64,000 nucleotides of DNA from an uncultured Planctomycetaceae bacterium (GTDB lineage: Bacteria > Planctomycetota > Planctomycetia > Pirellulales > PALSA-1355). A program made the position numbers and the translations under genes. The first letter of the stretch is position 1, and every line of letters begins with the position of its first letter. Where the stretch lies: positions 5,026 through 69,025 of the forward strand of contig CALFYT010000120.1 in assembly GCA_937952415.1 (NCBI GenBank). The letters are read 5' to 3'. Shown here piece by piece: positions 17,966 to 28,451 of this stretch. A model generated the notes under the pieces. That model was not told where the DNA came from. It worked only from the letters and a program-made list of their open reading frames with translations, and did no database searches.

Positions 17966-18475
17966 ATGTGGCGACCACAGTTCCGCCTGCGAAGTCTGCT
18001 CATTTCGGTGACCGTCTGCGCGGTACTCGCGTGGGTCGGCGTCGTCGGATGGCCATGGTGGCAACTATATCGTGAACAGGCCGTTTTCGAGGAATCGCTC
18101 AAGCAGCTTCGCGCAGGGACAACGCAACGCTCCGGGGGGAGATTGGTACGCCACGAAACCCCCTTCACCAAGTCGATGGGTGGAGGCAGTACTCCGACCG
18201 GTGAGTACGTACTGTCTTCGGTCTACTCCTGGGAAAACGCGTGTTACTGCATCTGCTACGTCCTGTCACGTCAACCCGCCGGCGATCCGCTGCGGATTCC
18301 GACGAGCCGCATCGAGGTTTATCGGCTGCCTCCTGTCCCGCCCAACTACGAATCGCCGAATCTCGCCGGTGGCTTTCCCGCGACGAACTACGTTCGGGAT
18401 TCTCTGCCGAAGATGTTCGGTGGGCGTCAGGGCAAGTCGGGCGAAGAAGTCGTCTTGATCTATTCGGATCCGTAG
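17966..18475 (+). CDS. Hypothetical N-terminally anchored protein
   Basis: Start placed at MWRPQFRLRSLLISVTVCAVLAWVGVV (QFxLRxLL motif plus TM helix). The ORF track starts at 17900. Confidence 0.55.
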   Translation: MWRPQFRLRSLLISVTVCAVLAWVGVVGWPWWQLYREQAVFEESLKQLRAGTTQRSGGRLVRHETPFTKSMGGGSTPTGEYVLSSVYSWENACYCICYVLSRQPAGDPLRIPTSRIEVYRLPPVPPNYESPNLAGGFPATNYVRDSLPKMFGGRQGKSGEEVVLIYSDP

Positions 18476-18693
18476 TGGACTGCCGCAATCTTTGTCCAAT
18501 TCCCCGCTGCTCGGGGTCCGCCGCGATGACGCAAGTCCCGTATGTCCACTCTCGCCAACATCCCACCAGCACGCCGCAATCGTGGGCAAGTTTTCGGTAA
18601 ATCTGCTTGCACCGAGCCGGCGATCGACCTACTCTCAGGGGCATTGCACCACGCCATTTCTACGTTCCGTAGTTTCGGCTCAAGGGCGCGCTA

Positions 18694-19527
18694 ATGATAC
18701 GGCTCGGATGTGCATTGATTCTCCTTGCTGCGGCCACGACCGCGGCGGCCGACACCGTCTTGTACTCCGCGGCGCCGGCCACGTATCCGGCGGTGACCAG
18801 CGGACTGACCACGGAGTTCGGCACCTCGTCGTTCCCGCCGCTGAGCGAAACGGGTCTTGCCTACTACGCAGTCCCCGGCGCTGGCTCCGTCGATGTGAAG
18901 TTTCGGTTCCATGGTGACACCGGATCATTCTTCTTCGAGTTCGGCTACTACCATCTCACGCCTGCCCTGTCCGCGATTGATACCTCGACCGACGCCGGCA
19001 AAGAAGCCTATGCCGCCGCCGCGTTGGCACCGGGGAACGCATTCGTCGTCTTTGACGACAATGTCAACAGCCCGCCCGACACGGCAACGGCAAGTCTGAC
19101 CGGCGGCGACGTGGTCGGCTTTTTCTTGATTCCCGACGCATCGCTGGCGGACTTCCAAGGCAGTCCGGGCGACTTCGCGTTGGACGGAACCGGTTCCAGC
19201 ACGTTCGCGTTTCCGCCCCCGTTCCGCTGGCCCTTGTTTGGATTTGCGGATGCGAACCCGGGCGGCTTGGACCAATTGATGAGCTTTGCCGGCGTGTCGA
19301 CGATCACCGGCGAACCCTCGAACCTGTTTGCTTGGGAGGACCTGACGCGGGCAGCGATCCCCGGAAATCCGAATCCGTCAGACGAGGCGTTCAATGATCT
19401 GATTTTCGGCGTCGAGGGAGTCTTGTCCGTGCCCGAGCCGGGAACGCTCGTCTTGCTGTCGCTCGGCGCGCTCGCCATGCTCTCTGTTTGCAATTCTGCC
19501 CGGCGCCGGCGATCGGCAAGCGCATGA
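18694..19527 (+). CDS. PEP-CTERM-anchored secreted protein with DUF4114-like domain
   Basis: Signal peptide. FAWEDL...DEAFNDLIFGVEGV (DUF4114-like) followed by VPEPGTLVLLSLGALAMLSVCNSARRRR. Confidence 0.75.
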   Translation: MIRLGCALILLAAATTAAADTVLYSAAPATYPAVTSGLTTEFGTSSFPPLSETGLAYYAVPGAGSVDVKFRFHGDTGSFFFEFGYYHLTPALSAIDTSTDAGKEAYAAAALAPGNAFVVFDDNVNSPPDTATASLTGGDVVGFFLIPDASLADFQGSPGDFALDGTGSSTFAFPPPFRWPLFGFADANPGGLDQLMSFAGVSTITGEPSNLFAWEDLTRAAIPGNPNPSDEAFNDLIFGVEGVLSVPEPGTLVLLSLGALAMLSVCNSARRRRSASA

Positions 19528-19809
19528 CGCGGCGGATTGTCTCGACCAGAGGCCTTAAGTGAAGATAATGCGCGCAACGCTCTGGTTCCGCATTGTCAGC
19601 AGCAGCACTCCGCCCTCACATTGACCGGCTGTCGGGTCAGAGAGTAGATTCGTCCGCGGGCGGCCCCTGTTGGCGTCGTGCCGCTTGGAAAATCGGAGAA
19701 TTGTTTGCCGTCGACCGGCGAATAAGGCTCCAACCGTTTGGCTTCGGCTCGCACCGCCGCCGCCCTGCTCGATCGTCTCAAACGCAATCGCTCCCACGAG
19801 TCGCCCTGC

Positions 19810-20871
19810 ATGCGTACCATCCTGATCACTGGTGGAGCGGGCTTTATTGGGAGCTGCCTGGTGCGGCAACTGGTGGCCGAGGGCCGATTCCAGGTCGTCA
19901 ACCTCGATAAGCTGACCTACGCCGGCAACCTCGACTCGCTGCTGCCCGTCCGCGACGAGCCGAACTACCACTTTGTCCAGGGCGACATTGGCGACCGGGC
20001 TCTGGTGGACAGCGTGTTGGCCGAGCATCGGCCTTGCGCGGTGGTGAACGCGGCGGCCGAATCGCACGTCGACCGGTCGATCGACGGGCCCGCGGCGTTC
20101 GTCGAGACCAACGTCATCGGCACGTTCGCGTTGTTGGAGGCGGTACGTGCCTACTGCGCGAAACTCCCGGCGCCCGATCGCGAGGCGTTCCGGTTCTTGC
20201 ACGTCTCGACCGACGAGGTCTACGGATCGCTGGGAGAAAGCGGGGCCTTCAGCGAGTCGAGCGCCTACGCGCCGAATTCGCCCTATGCGGCCTCGAAGGC
20301 GGCGGCCGATCATTTCGCGCGAGCCTATCAGCGGACCTACGGCCTGCCCGCCATCCTGACACACTGCTCGAACAACTACGGCCCGTATCAGTTTCCCGAG
20401 AAGCTCGTACCGCTGGTTTTGCTCAATGCGATCGAGGGCAAGCCGTTGCCGGTTTACGGAGACGGGCAGCACATGCGTGATTGGCTGTTCGTCGAGGATC
20501 ATTGTCGGGGGCTGGTTGCGGCGCTGGAACACGGCGTGCCCGGCGAAACGTACAACTTTGGGGGCGACGCCGAGCGCACGAATCTGGCGTTGGTGGAAAC
20601 GCTGTGCGACATCGTGGACGAGTTATGCCCGGAGCTGGCCCACCGGCCCTGCCGCGACTTGATCACGATGGTCGAGGATCGGCCGGGCCACGATCGGCGG
20701 TACGCAATTGACGCGGCCAAGGCGCGGCGCGATCTGAACTGGCAGCCGACCGTTGAGCTTGCCGATGGATTGCGACAAACCGTCAGGTGGTATCTGGACA
20801 ATCGCCCATGGGTCGAGCGCGTGACGTCGGGCGTTTGTCGCCGGCAGCGGCTGGGCCTTGACGTAGAATAG
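19810..20871 (+). CDS. rfbB: dTDP-glucose 4,6-dehydratase
   Basis: [25 protein letters not shown] (YxxxK), and the [10 protein letters not shown] motif. Start set at MRTILITGG. Confidence 0.9.
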   Translation: MRTILITGGAGFIGSCLVRQLVAEGRFQVVNLDKLTYAGNLDSLLPVRDEPNYHFVQGDIGDRALVDSVLAEHRPCAVVNAAAESHVDRSIDGPAAFVETNVIGTFALLEAVRAYCAKLPAPDREAFRFLHVSTDEVYGSLGESGAFSESSAYAPNSPYAASKAAADHFARAYQRTYGLPAILTHCSNNYGPYQFPEKLVPLVLLNAIEGKPLPVYGDGQHMRDWLFVEDHCRGLVAALEHGVPGETYNFGGDAERTNLALVETLCDIVDELCPELAHRPCRDLITMVEDRPGHDRRYAIDAAKARRDLNWQPTVELADGLRQTVRWYLDNRPWVERVTSGVCRRQRLGLDVE

Positions 20872-20939
20872 TACGGGCGACCGCGTTTCGTCGCGGCCGG
20901 CCGGGTGTACGGCAGAGACTCACGCACATCGCGGGCCCA

Positions 20940-21851
<912 letters not shown>

Positions 21852-21869
21852 AAATCCGCGTGCGCGAGG

Positions 21870-23153
21870 CTAGTCGTTCAGGCGGCTGACGATCAGCGAG
21901 ATGTTCTGGCCGCCGAATCCGAAGCTGTTGGACAACGCGTGATCGCAGCGGACTTCGCGCGTCTCGTTCGGCACGTAGTCCAAGTCGCAATCTGGGTCGG
22001 GGGTGGTGTAGTTGATCGTCGGCGGGATCGCGCCGTCGTTCATCGCCACCAGGCAAATAATCAACTCGGTGGCCCCTGCGGCGGCGATCAGATGCCCCAT
22101 CATGCTCTTGGTGCTCGACACCGGTGTCTTATCGGCCGCCGCTCCGAGCGCCTGGCGAATGGCCAGCGTTTCGACCCGGTCGTTGACACTGGTGCTCGTG
22201 CCGTGTGCATTGATGTAGCCGATGTCGTCGGTGTTGAGTTTGGCATCTTCCAGGGCCAATGTAATGCAGCGCGTGGCGCCGCGGCCCTGCGGATGCGTAT
22301 CGGTGATCCGATAGGCGTCGGCGGTGGAGCCATAACCGGTCAGCTCGCCATAGATCTTCGCGCCACGCTTCTTGGCGTGCTCCAGTTCCTCGAGCACGAC
22401 CATCGCCGCCCCTTCGCCCAGCACGAATCCGTCGCGATCCCGATCGAACGGTCGCGAGGCTTCCTTAGGGTGCTCGTTGTTCGTGCTCAGCGCCGTTAGC
22501 AGATTGAATCCCGTCACGCCGAACGGGTGAATCATGCTGTGGGTTCCGCCTGAGAGCATCGCATCGGCATCGCCGCGGCGAATGATCTCGGCCGCTTCGC
22601 CGATCGCCTGACTGCTGGCGGCACACGCCGTCAGACAGTTCGCATTGGGGCCCTGCGCGTTGAACATCGCCGCCAGGTGTCCAGCCGGCATGTTGGGCTC
22701 TTGTTCCAATTCGATGGTCGGGTGCAGTAGTTCTAGTCCGGCTTTGGTGAATTGCGCCAAGTCAAACTCCTCGCCAGCCAGCGCGGCGGTCATCATCCGC
22801 GCAAAACAGTCGAAATCCTGCTGACCTTCACCGCTTCCCAAGTACACACCTAACCGCGTCGGATCGAGTTCGACGTCGATTAGGCCTGAATCGCGCATCG
22901 CACTTTTGGCTGCACCGACCGCGAACCGCGTGTGCCGGCCGCGCAGCTTCCACTCTTCGGGGTCTTCCCCGGCCTGGCTGATGTCCCAATCCGCCACTTC
23001 GGCGGCGATCTTCGTGGGAAACCGACTCGCGTCGAAAATCGACGTGTAGTTGACGCCGGACTCGCCCCGTTTCAACCGTTCCCAAACTTGGGGAACGTCG
23101 CTGCCCATGGGCGTCACCCAGCCGACTCCGGTGATCACGACACGTCGTCGCAT
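21870..23153 (-). CDS. Beta-ketoacyl-ACP synthase, FabF/FabB type
   Basis: VVITGVG, active-site Cys (CLTACAASS), HGTST and GHLIAAAG His motifs, C-terminal FGFGGQN. Carries an insertion of about 45 aa (GEGQQDFDCFARMM...EQEPN). Confidence 0.85.
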   Translation of the reverse strand: MRRRVVITGVGWVTPMGSDVPQVWERLKRGESGVNYTSIFDASRFPTKIAAEVADWDISQAGEDPEEWKLRGRHTRFAVGAAKSAMRDSGLIDVELDPTRLGVYLGSGEGQQDFDCFARMMTAALAGEEFDLAQFTKAGLELLHPTIELEQEPNMPAGHLAAMFNAQGPNANCLTACAASSQAIGEAAEIIRRGDADAMLSGGTHSMIHPFGVTGFNLLTALSTNNEHPKEASRPFDRDRDGFVLGEGAAMVVLEELEHAKKRGAKIYGELTGYGSTADAYRITDTHPQGRGATRCITLALEDAKLNTDDIGYINAHGTSTSVNDRVETLAIRQALGAAADKTPVSSTKSMMGHLIAAAGATELIICLVAMNDGAIPPTINYTTPDPDCDLDYVPNETREVRCDHALSNSFGFGGQNISLIVSRLND

Positions 23154-23237
23154 AGTGCTCGACCTCGAAAGAGTTTGCAGTGGTTTCGTAGATTCCGGGC
23201 TGTGGCGGCAAGCGCACGGCGACCGGCGCCGCGCTGT

Positions 23238-23753
23238 TTACACGGTTTCGAGCAAGTTGGAAGGCACTTCAAGCCGGTTTCCGTCGCGGTCGCGGCCCAC
23301 GTCGAACACGCCCAGCAGCTTGAGCATGGCGAGCAAGCCCTCTGGCTCGAACAGCGACTTGCCGGCGCGGCTCTCGGGAAGATGGGCGAAGAACATTTGC
23401 GCCTCGGCTTGCAGCCGCTGGCCCACGTGGCTGGTGCCGCTGACCACGGCGCCGTCCTTATGGACATCGTCGATCGTCATGCGATACGTCAGCGTGTCAC
23501 CGGGCACGGCCGAGAAGTGAAACGTTGCCCGGGCCAGCTTTGCCAGCACGACGCGTTCGACGAAATCACTGTGCTGCGCTACGAGCAGTCCGCCCGTTTG
23601 TGCCATGCCCTCGATCACCAGCGGATTGGGCATCATGGGCGCAGCCGGGAAGTGGTCGTGCAAGTGATCCTCGGCCAACGAGACGTTCTTGATGGCCGTG
23701 GCGTACTGGCCGCTCTCGAACTCCGTATAGCGATCGATCCAAAACCATCGCAT
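23238..23753 (-). CDS. FabA/FabZ-like hot-dog dehydratase
   Basis: MRWFWIDRY..., HDHFPAAPMMPNPLVIEGMAQ (catalytic His and Glu retained). Start set at MRWFWIDR. Confidence 0.75.
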   Translation of the reverse strand: MRWFWIDRYTEFESGQYATAIKNVSLAEDHLHDHFPAAPMMPNPLVIEGMAQTGGLLVAQHSDFVERVVLAKLARATFHFSAVPGDTLTYRMTIDDVHKDGAVVSGTSHVGQRLQAEAQMFFAHLPESRAGKSLFEPEGLLAMLKLLGVFDVGRDRDGNRLEVPSNLLETV

Positions 23754-23815
23754 GGGCGGAATCTGCTCGTTGTGTTCCGTTGTTTCCGATCGATCGTTGT
23801 TCCGGCTGCGCCAGG

Positions 23816-24202
23816 CTAGGCGGCCACTTTGCTCTCGACATACCGGCACATATCTTCGACAGTCAGCAAGTTGCCGAAGTCCTGTACCACCGGGTTCTCG
23901 GCGAAGGCCGACAAGTTGGCAAACGGCATGCGGGCCTGCAATTTCTCCAGGCCTTCCGGCGTGACACGACCGTTTTGCACGTACTCGGTGCTGGTCAAGA
24001 TGTCCTCGGGAAACAGTTCGCCGCGAGGAATCTTGATGTCAAACGCTTTTTCGAGGCGGAACACGATGTCCAAAAAGTCGATCGATTCAGCCCCCAGGTC
24101 ACCTACCAGTTTCGCTTCCGGCGTGACTTCGTCGTCATCCACTCCCAGTGCATCGACCAACGCCGCCTGCACCTTGGAGAACACCTCGTCTTTTGTCGCC
24201 AT
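23816..24202 (-). CDS. Acyl carrier protein, atypically long (128 aa)
   Basis: LVGDLGAESIDFLDIVFRLEKAF matches the ACP helix II region, with the attachment Ser in AESID. GGAGG lies upstream of the ATG at 24202. A C-terminal extension of about 50 aa follows. Confidence 0.75.
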   Translation of the reverse strand: MATKDEVFSKVQAALVDALGVDDDEVTPEAKLVGDLGAESIDFLDIVFRLEKAFDIKIPRGELFPEDILTSTEYVQNGRVTPEGLEKLQARMPFANLSAFAENPVVQDFGNLLTVEDMCRYVESKVAA

Positions 24203-24381
24203 CGCTGGCACCTCCAGAAAGCTCAATATTCAATTGTCGTAGTGGACGGCCGAGTCCGAGTCGGTCCGCTTTGTGTACGTTTGCCTCGCGTCCGCAGGAT
24301 CACATTCTAATGGCGGCTTATTGCCGGAATTGGTCGCCCGTCGGATAGGCCCGCTTCTGCGCACCGCGAATCACTTAGGTG

Positions 24382-24936
24382 TCAGACATTCTCCTCGGCC
24401 GGCTTTCCGTCCGTGCCGGCCGCGGCGGTCAACAGGGGCGACCCGCCCGTCGCATCGGCGTCGATGTCCGGCTGATAGATCTGCGTGAACTGTGCCCGAA
24501 AGCTCTGTTTCAAGTATTCATCCGTGCCGGTCATGTCGGCTCGGGAGTCGGACAGGTTGTATCGCTCAATCGACAGACGGCCGCTGACCGCCACGCGACC
24601 GGCGACCAGCCCCTGCGTCTTGACTTGGACTGCCTCGTCGTCGGCCTTAAGTATCTCGGCATTGACCGTCAGCACCCGGCCCGGTTGCACGAAGTCAGCG
24701 AAGCGAACGTTGCGCGCTTCCTTGAGCGTGACGATGCTGTGTGAGAAGTCCTCGGTGACGCGCACCAGCCAAGCTCCGGCTTCAGTCATCGCCTCGAGCA
24801 TCAGCACGCCGGGCATGACGGGAAAGCGCGGAAAGTGATCGGCCAGGTACTCCTCGGCCATCGAGAGGCACTTGACGGTGGTTATCTTCGAACCTGGTTC
24901 GATGGCCAGGATGCGGTCGACGAAGTTAAAGCGCAT
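24382..24936 (-). CDS. FabA/FabZ-like hot-dog dehydratase (second copy)
   Basis: MRFNFVDRIL..., ADHFPRFPVMPGVLMLEAMTEAG (His and Glu retained), with an acidic low-complexity C-terminal tail. Confidence 0.75.
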   Translation of the reverse strand: MRFNFVDRILAIEPGSKITTVKCLSMAEEYLADHFPRFPVMPGVLMLEAMTEAGAWLVRVTEDFSHSIVTLKEARNVRFADFVQPGRVLTVNAEILKADDEAVQVKTQGLVAGRVAVSGRLSIERYNLSDSRADMTGTDEYLKQSFRAQFTQIYQPDIDADATGGSPLLTAAAGTDGKPAEENV

Positions 24937-25197
24937 ACGCGTTTTGGCCCCAAAAAAAGGGGGGAACCGAATCGGTCCAGTATATCGGTCTCGCCATTTT
25001 CCCACAACCGACAATCTCCCGCGTTAGGGACGCAACTTGCGCCCTTCTCCACCCCCAGTTCGGTGCGCCGACACGCAGTCGTTTGATGCAACGTGCAACT
25101 AGCGCGCTTGCGACGACCGCGTTGGCTCCCGGCCCAGCACGTGCACGGGCGTGCCGCGTTAATTGTCGATTGCCCGGCGCACTGCTACGATTCGGAC

Positions 25198-26958
25198 ATG
25201 CGAAAAGGGATTGGTGTTTCGCCGGGCGTTGCCGTCGGTACGGCCTATTGCATCAACGAGGTGTTCGTTAGCCCGGATACGACGCGCCTGGAAGAAGGCG
25301 AGACCCTCGCCGAGCTGGCGCGCTACGATCGGGCCCGCGAGGCGACGGCCGCCGACTTGCGCGCGCTGGCACAGAAAGTGGCTAGCCAGGTCGGCCCGGA
25401 AGAGGCCGCTGTGTTTCGCGTTCAAGAGTCGATCCTGCGCGATCCGTCATTGCAGTCGAAGGTCCGCGACAACATTGTCGAACAGCGCAAGACGGCCCAA
25501 GCGGCGCTGCACGAGTTGCTCGATGAATACGCGGCCCTGTTTGCCAAAACGCGCGACGACTACATCAACGAGCGGCTCGCAGACGTCCGCGACGTGATCG
25601 TGCGAATCAGTGGCCATTTGTCCGACGTCCTCCAGCCCGACCTCGACGTGCTCGAGGGCCCGTTGATTCTGATTGTCGGCGAGCTGCTGCCGTCGCACGT
25701 CGTGACCCTTGGTGGGCGCGAAGTCAAAGGGATCGTCACCGAAACGGGGGGCGGCACCAGCCACGCGGCAATTCTGGCCCGCAGCCGCGGCGTGCCGGCT
25801 GTCTCCGGCGTTCAAGGCGTATGCCGCCAGATCAAAACGGGCGACACGGTAATTGTCGACGGCCGCGAAGGTCACGTGCTGGTCAACCCCGATGCGGAGA
25901 CGACTAGCGCGTACTTGAAGCTTCAACGTGAATTTGTCGACCTGAAGGACACGCTGGCCGAGAATCGTGACCAGCCTGCCGTCACGGCCGACGGGATCAA
26001 ACTTGAGCTGCTGGCCAACGTCAACAACGTTGGCGACGCGCGGGCGGCGGCGGCGATGGGTGCATCGGGCATCGGCCTGTTTCGAACCGAGTACATCTTT
26101 TTGACGCACCCCGACGTTCCGGACGAGCAGCAACAGTTCGAAGTGTATCGCGACATCATCGCGGCAAGTCCCAATCGGCAGGTCACGATACGTACGCTCG
26201 ATTTGGGCGGCGACAAGACAATTCCCTATTTGGGACACGCGCGCGAGGCGAATCCCTTTTTGGGATGGCGTTCAATTCGCTTGTCGTTCGAGCATCCGGA
26301 ATTTTTTGCAACGCAGATTCGCGCCGTCCTCCGCGCCGCCGCGCCCGTAACCGACAGACCGAGCCGCGTGCGGATGCTGTTTCCGATGATAACCACGCTT
26401 GAGGAAATGCGGCGCGTGCGCATGATCGTGCGCCGCGCGCGGCATCAACTTACCGCGGCCGGCCGGCCTTTTGGCGACGTGCCGCTGGGTTTCATGCTCG
26501 AAGTTCCGGCGGCCGCCGTTTCGATCGACATGCTGCTCGGTCAGACCGACTTCGTGTCGATCGGGTCCAACGATTTGGTGCAATACCTGATGGCTGCCGA
26601 CCGCGACAACCCGAAGGTAAACCATCTCTGCCAACCGCTCAGCCCGGCCGTATTGCGCGTATTGACCAACATCATCACCACCTGCAACGCGGCGCATACT
26701 CCGGTGACTCTGTGCGGCGAGATGGCCGGCGCACCACGGGCATTCGTCTTGCTGTTTGGCATGGGGCTGCGGAGTTTCAGCATGAGCCCTGCGTTCATCC
26801 CACTCATCAAGGACCTGGCGGCCAACCTGACGCGCGGCCGAGCCGAACAGGCGCTGGCGCGCGTGCTGAAGATCAAAACGGCCGCTGCAGTCCGACGATT
26901 CATGGCCGCCGAAGTGGCCGACATCGCGCCGAATCTGAAGTTGCTCGAGACGATCTGA
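25198..26958 (+). CDS. ptsI: Phosphoenolpyruvate-protein phosphotransferase (PTS enzyme I)
   Basis: GIGVSPGVAVG N-terminus, phospho-His region TETGGGTSHAAILARSRGVPAV, PEP-utilising TIM barrel (GLFRTEY, IGSNDL). Start set at MRKGIGVSPG. Confidence 0.85.
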   Translation: MRKGIGVSPGVAVGTAYCINEVFVSPDTTRLEEGETLAELARYDRAREATAADLRALAQKVASQVGPEEAAVFRVQESILRDPSLQSKVRDNIVEQRKTAQAALHELLDEYAALFAKTRDDYINERLADVRDVIVRISGHLSDVLQPDLDVLEGPLILIVGELLPSHVVTLGGREVKGIVTETGGGTSHAAILARSRGVPAVSGVQGVCRQIKTGDTVIVDGREGHVLVNPDAETTSAYLKLQREFVDLKDTLAENRDQPAVTADGIKLELLANVNNVGDARAAAAMGASGIGLFRTEYIFLTHPDVPDEQQQFEVYRDIIAASPNRQVTIRTLDLGGDKTIPYLGHAREANPFLGWRSIRLSFEHPEFFATQIRAVLRAAAPVTDRPSRVRMLFPMITTLEEMRRVRMIVRRARHQLTAAGRPFGDVPLGFMLEVPAAAVSIDMLLGQTDFVSIGSNDLVQYLMAADRDNPKVNHLCQPLSPAVLRVLTNIITTCNAAHTPVTLCGEMAGAPRAFVLLFGMGLRSFSMSPAFIPLIKDLAANLTRGRAEQALARVLKIKTAAAVRRFMAAEVADIAPNLKLLETI

Positions 26959-26986
26959 TGCCGCCCACTCCCGAGGGTCAGCTTGA

Positions 26987-27949
26987 CTACTTCTCGGTTT
27001 CTTTGGTCCGATCACGACGATCCGAGCGTCGGACGCGCCGAGCGACGAGGTAGGCGGGAGCCACAACGACCGCCGCTACGGGCAACCAGGGCGTCGATGC
27101 GACGGCGCCAATCAGCAGGCTCTCACCTGCGGCTTGCAGCGACGACAGCGAGCCTTCGAACGAGCGCCGTGTGCGCGTCGCAAGCGTGGGCGACTCGGGC
27201 GGTTGGAAATCGCGAATCTCGGTAATTGAAAGGTCCACGGTGGTCAGGGATGTAAGATCCGCCAGCACGCGCATTCGGCCTTGCATGCGTTCCAATTCAC
27301 CGCGCACGCGCGACAGTTCGCGCTCGATCGCGATCACGTCCTTCAACTCGCCCGGCCGGTTTTCAAGCAACTCGAGCAGCCGCGCCTCTTCCTTGGTCTT
27401 ATTGCGGATACGTGCTTCGACGTCATAGTATTCCTCGCTCACATCGCGCGACGTCGTGCTGACGCGCTGCAAGTCGCCCAATCCTTTAGCGGCACCCACG
27501 AAATCCTCAAACCGTTCGACCGGAACACGAATGGTCCAGGTGGCCCGGCGCGTTTCTCCTGTCAATCCAGAGAGATTCGAGTTTGCCACGTAGGCGTCAT
27601 ACTGCTTGACCAGCGCGATCACCTGATCGGGCACGCCGGTGAAGTCCTCGACGGCCAACTCGACGTGCGCGTTGTAGACAATCTTGCGATTCGGGTCCGA
27701 GGCCGTATTGACAACCGCCTCCTCAAAGCCGAGCAAGGCAAAATGATTGTTTGTCGATTCGACGTTGGTCCTGTGTGAGAACCGAGCGACGTCCGCCCCG
27801 GCGGTTTCCTGCCCCGACCGGCCCATTTTCTCGGCGGGGGCCGTCGCGGTCCCACTTGCCGCGTCTCGGGCCGATTGCACGCCGCAGCCGATCAACCCCG
27901 TGCCGAATACTACGAGAAGTGTGCAGAGAAAGATGTGCTTGTGTCGCAT
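26987..27949 (-). CDS. DUF4349-like lipoprotein
   Basis: Lipobox LIGCG after MRHKHIFLCTLLVVFGTG. Coiled-coil region EARIRNKTKEEARLLELL..., C-terminal TM helices. Confidence 0.7.
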   Translation of the reverse strand: MRHKHIFLCTLLVVFGTGLIGCGVQSARDAASGTATAPAEKMGRSGQETAGADVARFSHRTNVESTNNHFALLGFEEAVVNTASDPNRKIVYNAHVELAVEDFTGVPDQVIALVKQYDAYVANSNLSGLTGETRRATWTIRVPVERFEDFVGAAKGLGDLQRVSTTSRDVSEEYYDVEARIRNKTKEEARLLELLENRPGELKDVIAIERELSRVRGELERMQGRMRVLADLTSLTTVDLSITEIRDFQPPESPTLATRTRRSFEGSLSSLQAAGESLLIGAVASTPWLPVAAVVVAPAYLVARRVRRSDRRDRTKETEK

Positions 27950-28451
27950 GACATGTGATTCCTTTGCGAAAGATGTGCGTGTCCAGTCCGCCCCGCGACG
28001 GTGCCGGCCACTACCTGAGATGCGCCGGCGAGGCGAAAAGTTCCCAATGGTGGGTCCGACGCGGCAGAGGATTCCGGCCGGCGTGTCGGCCAACGGTCGA
28101 CAATCTGGTCACTCCGTGAGAAGGCCAAGCTGGGTCAGCAGGCTCGGAATAACCCGCAATTTCGGGTAGCTGCGACGCGCCGTCGTGTCTTGCGGCCCCG
28201 CTGCCATCGGGCGGGGACTGTGGGCCCCGAACCGCAAAACGCCGGGCTGCGTACGGCCAGTAGGGTGCATCGCCCGCGCCGCTGATTCGCCTGTGGAGCC
28301 GTTTCGACGTATGGTTCCAAGGCCCCATTCGCGGCGTATAATCGGGCGCTCATTGAGTGAACGACGCGCTGCTCCAGCCTCGCCGTGGAACCGCGCCAAC
28401 TCGGCCCGCCACGGCGACCTACCCTAACACCCCGCAAGGAACACGACCGCC

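Noticed and set aside
24948-24966. C4-A7-G6 tract upstream of the second dehydratase
   Set aside because: It forms only a 4-bp stem. It lies in the 5' UTR with no adjacent T-tract in terminator orientation relative to any upstream gene, so it is probably incidental.
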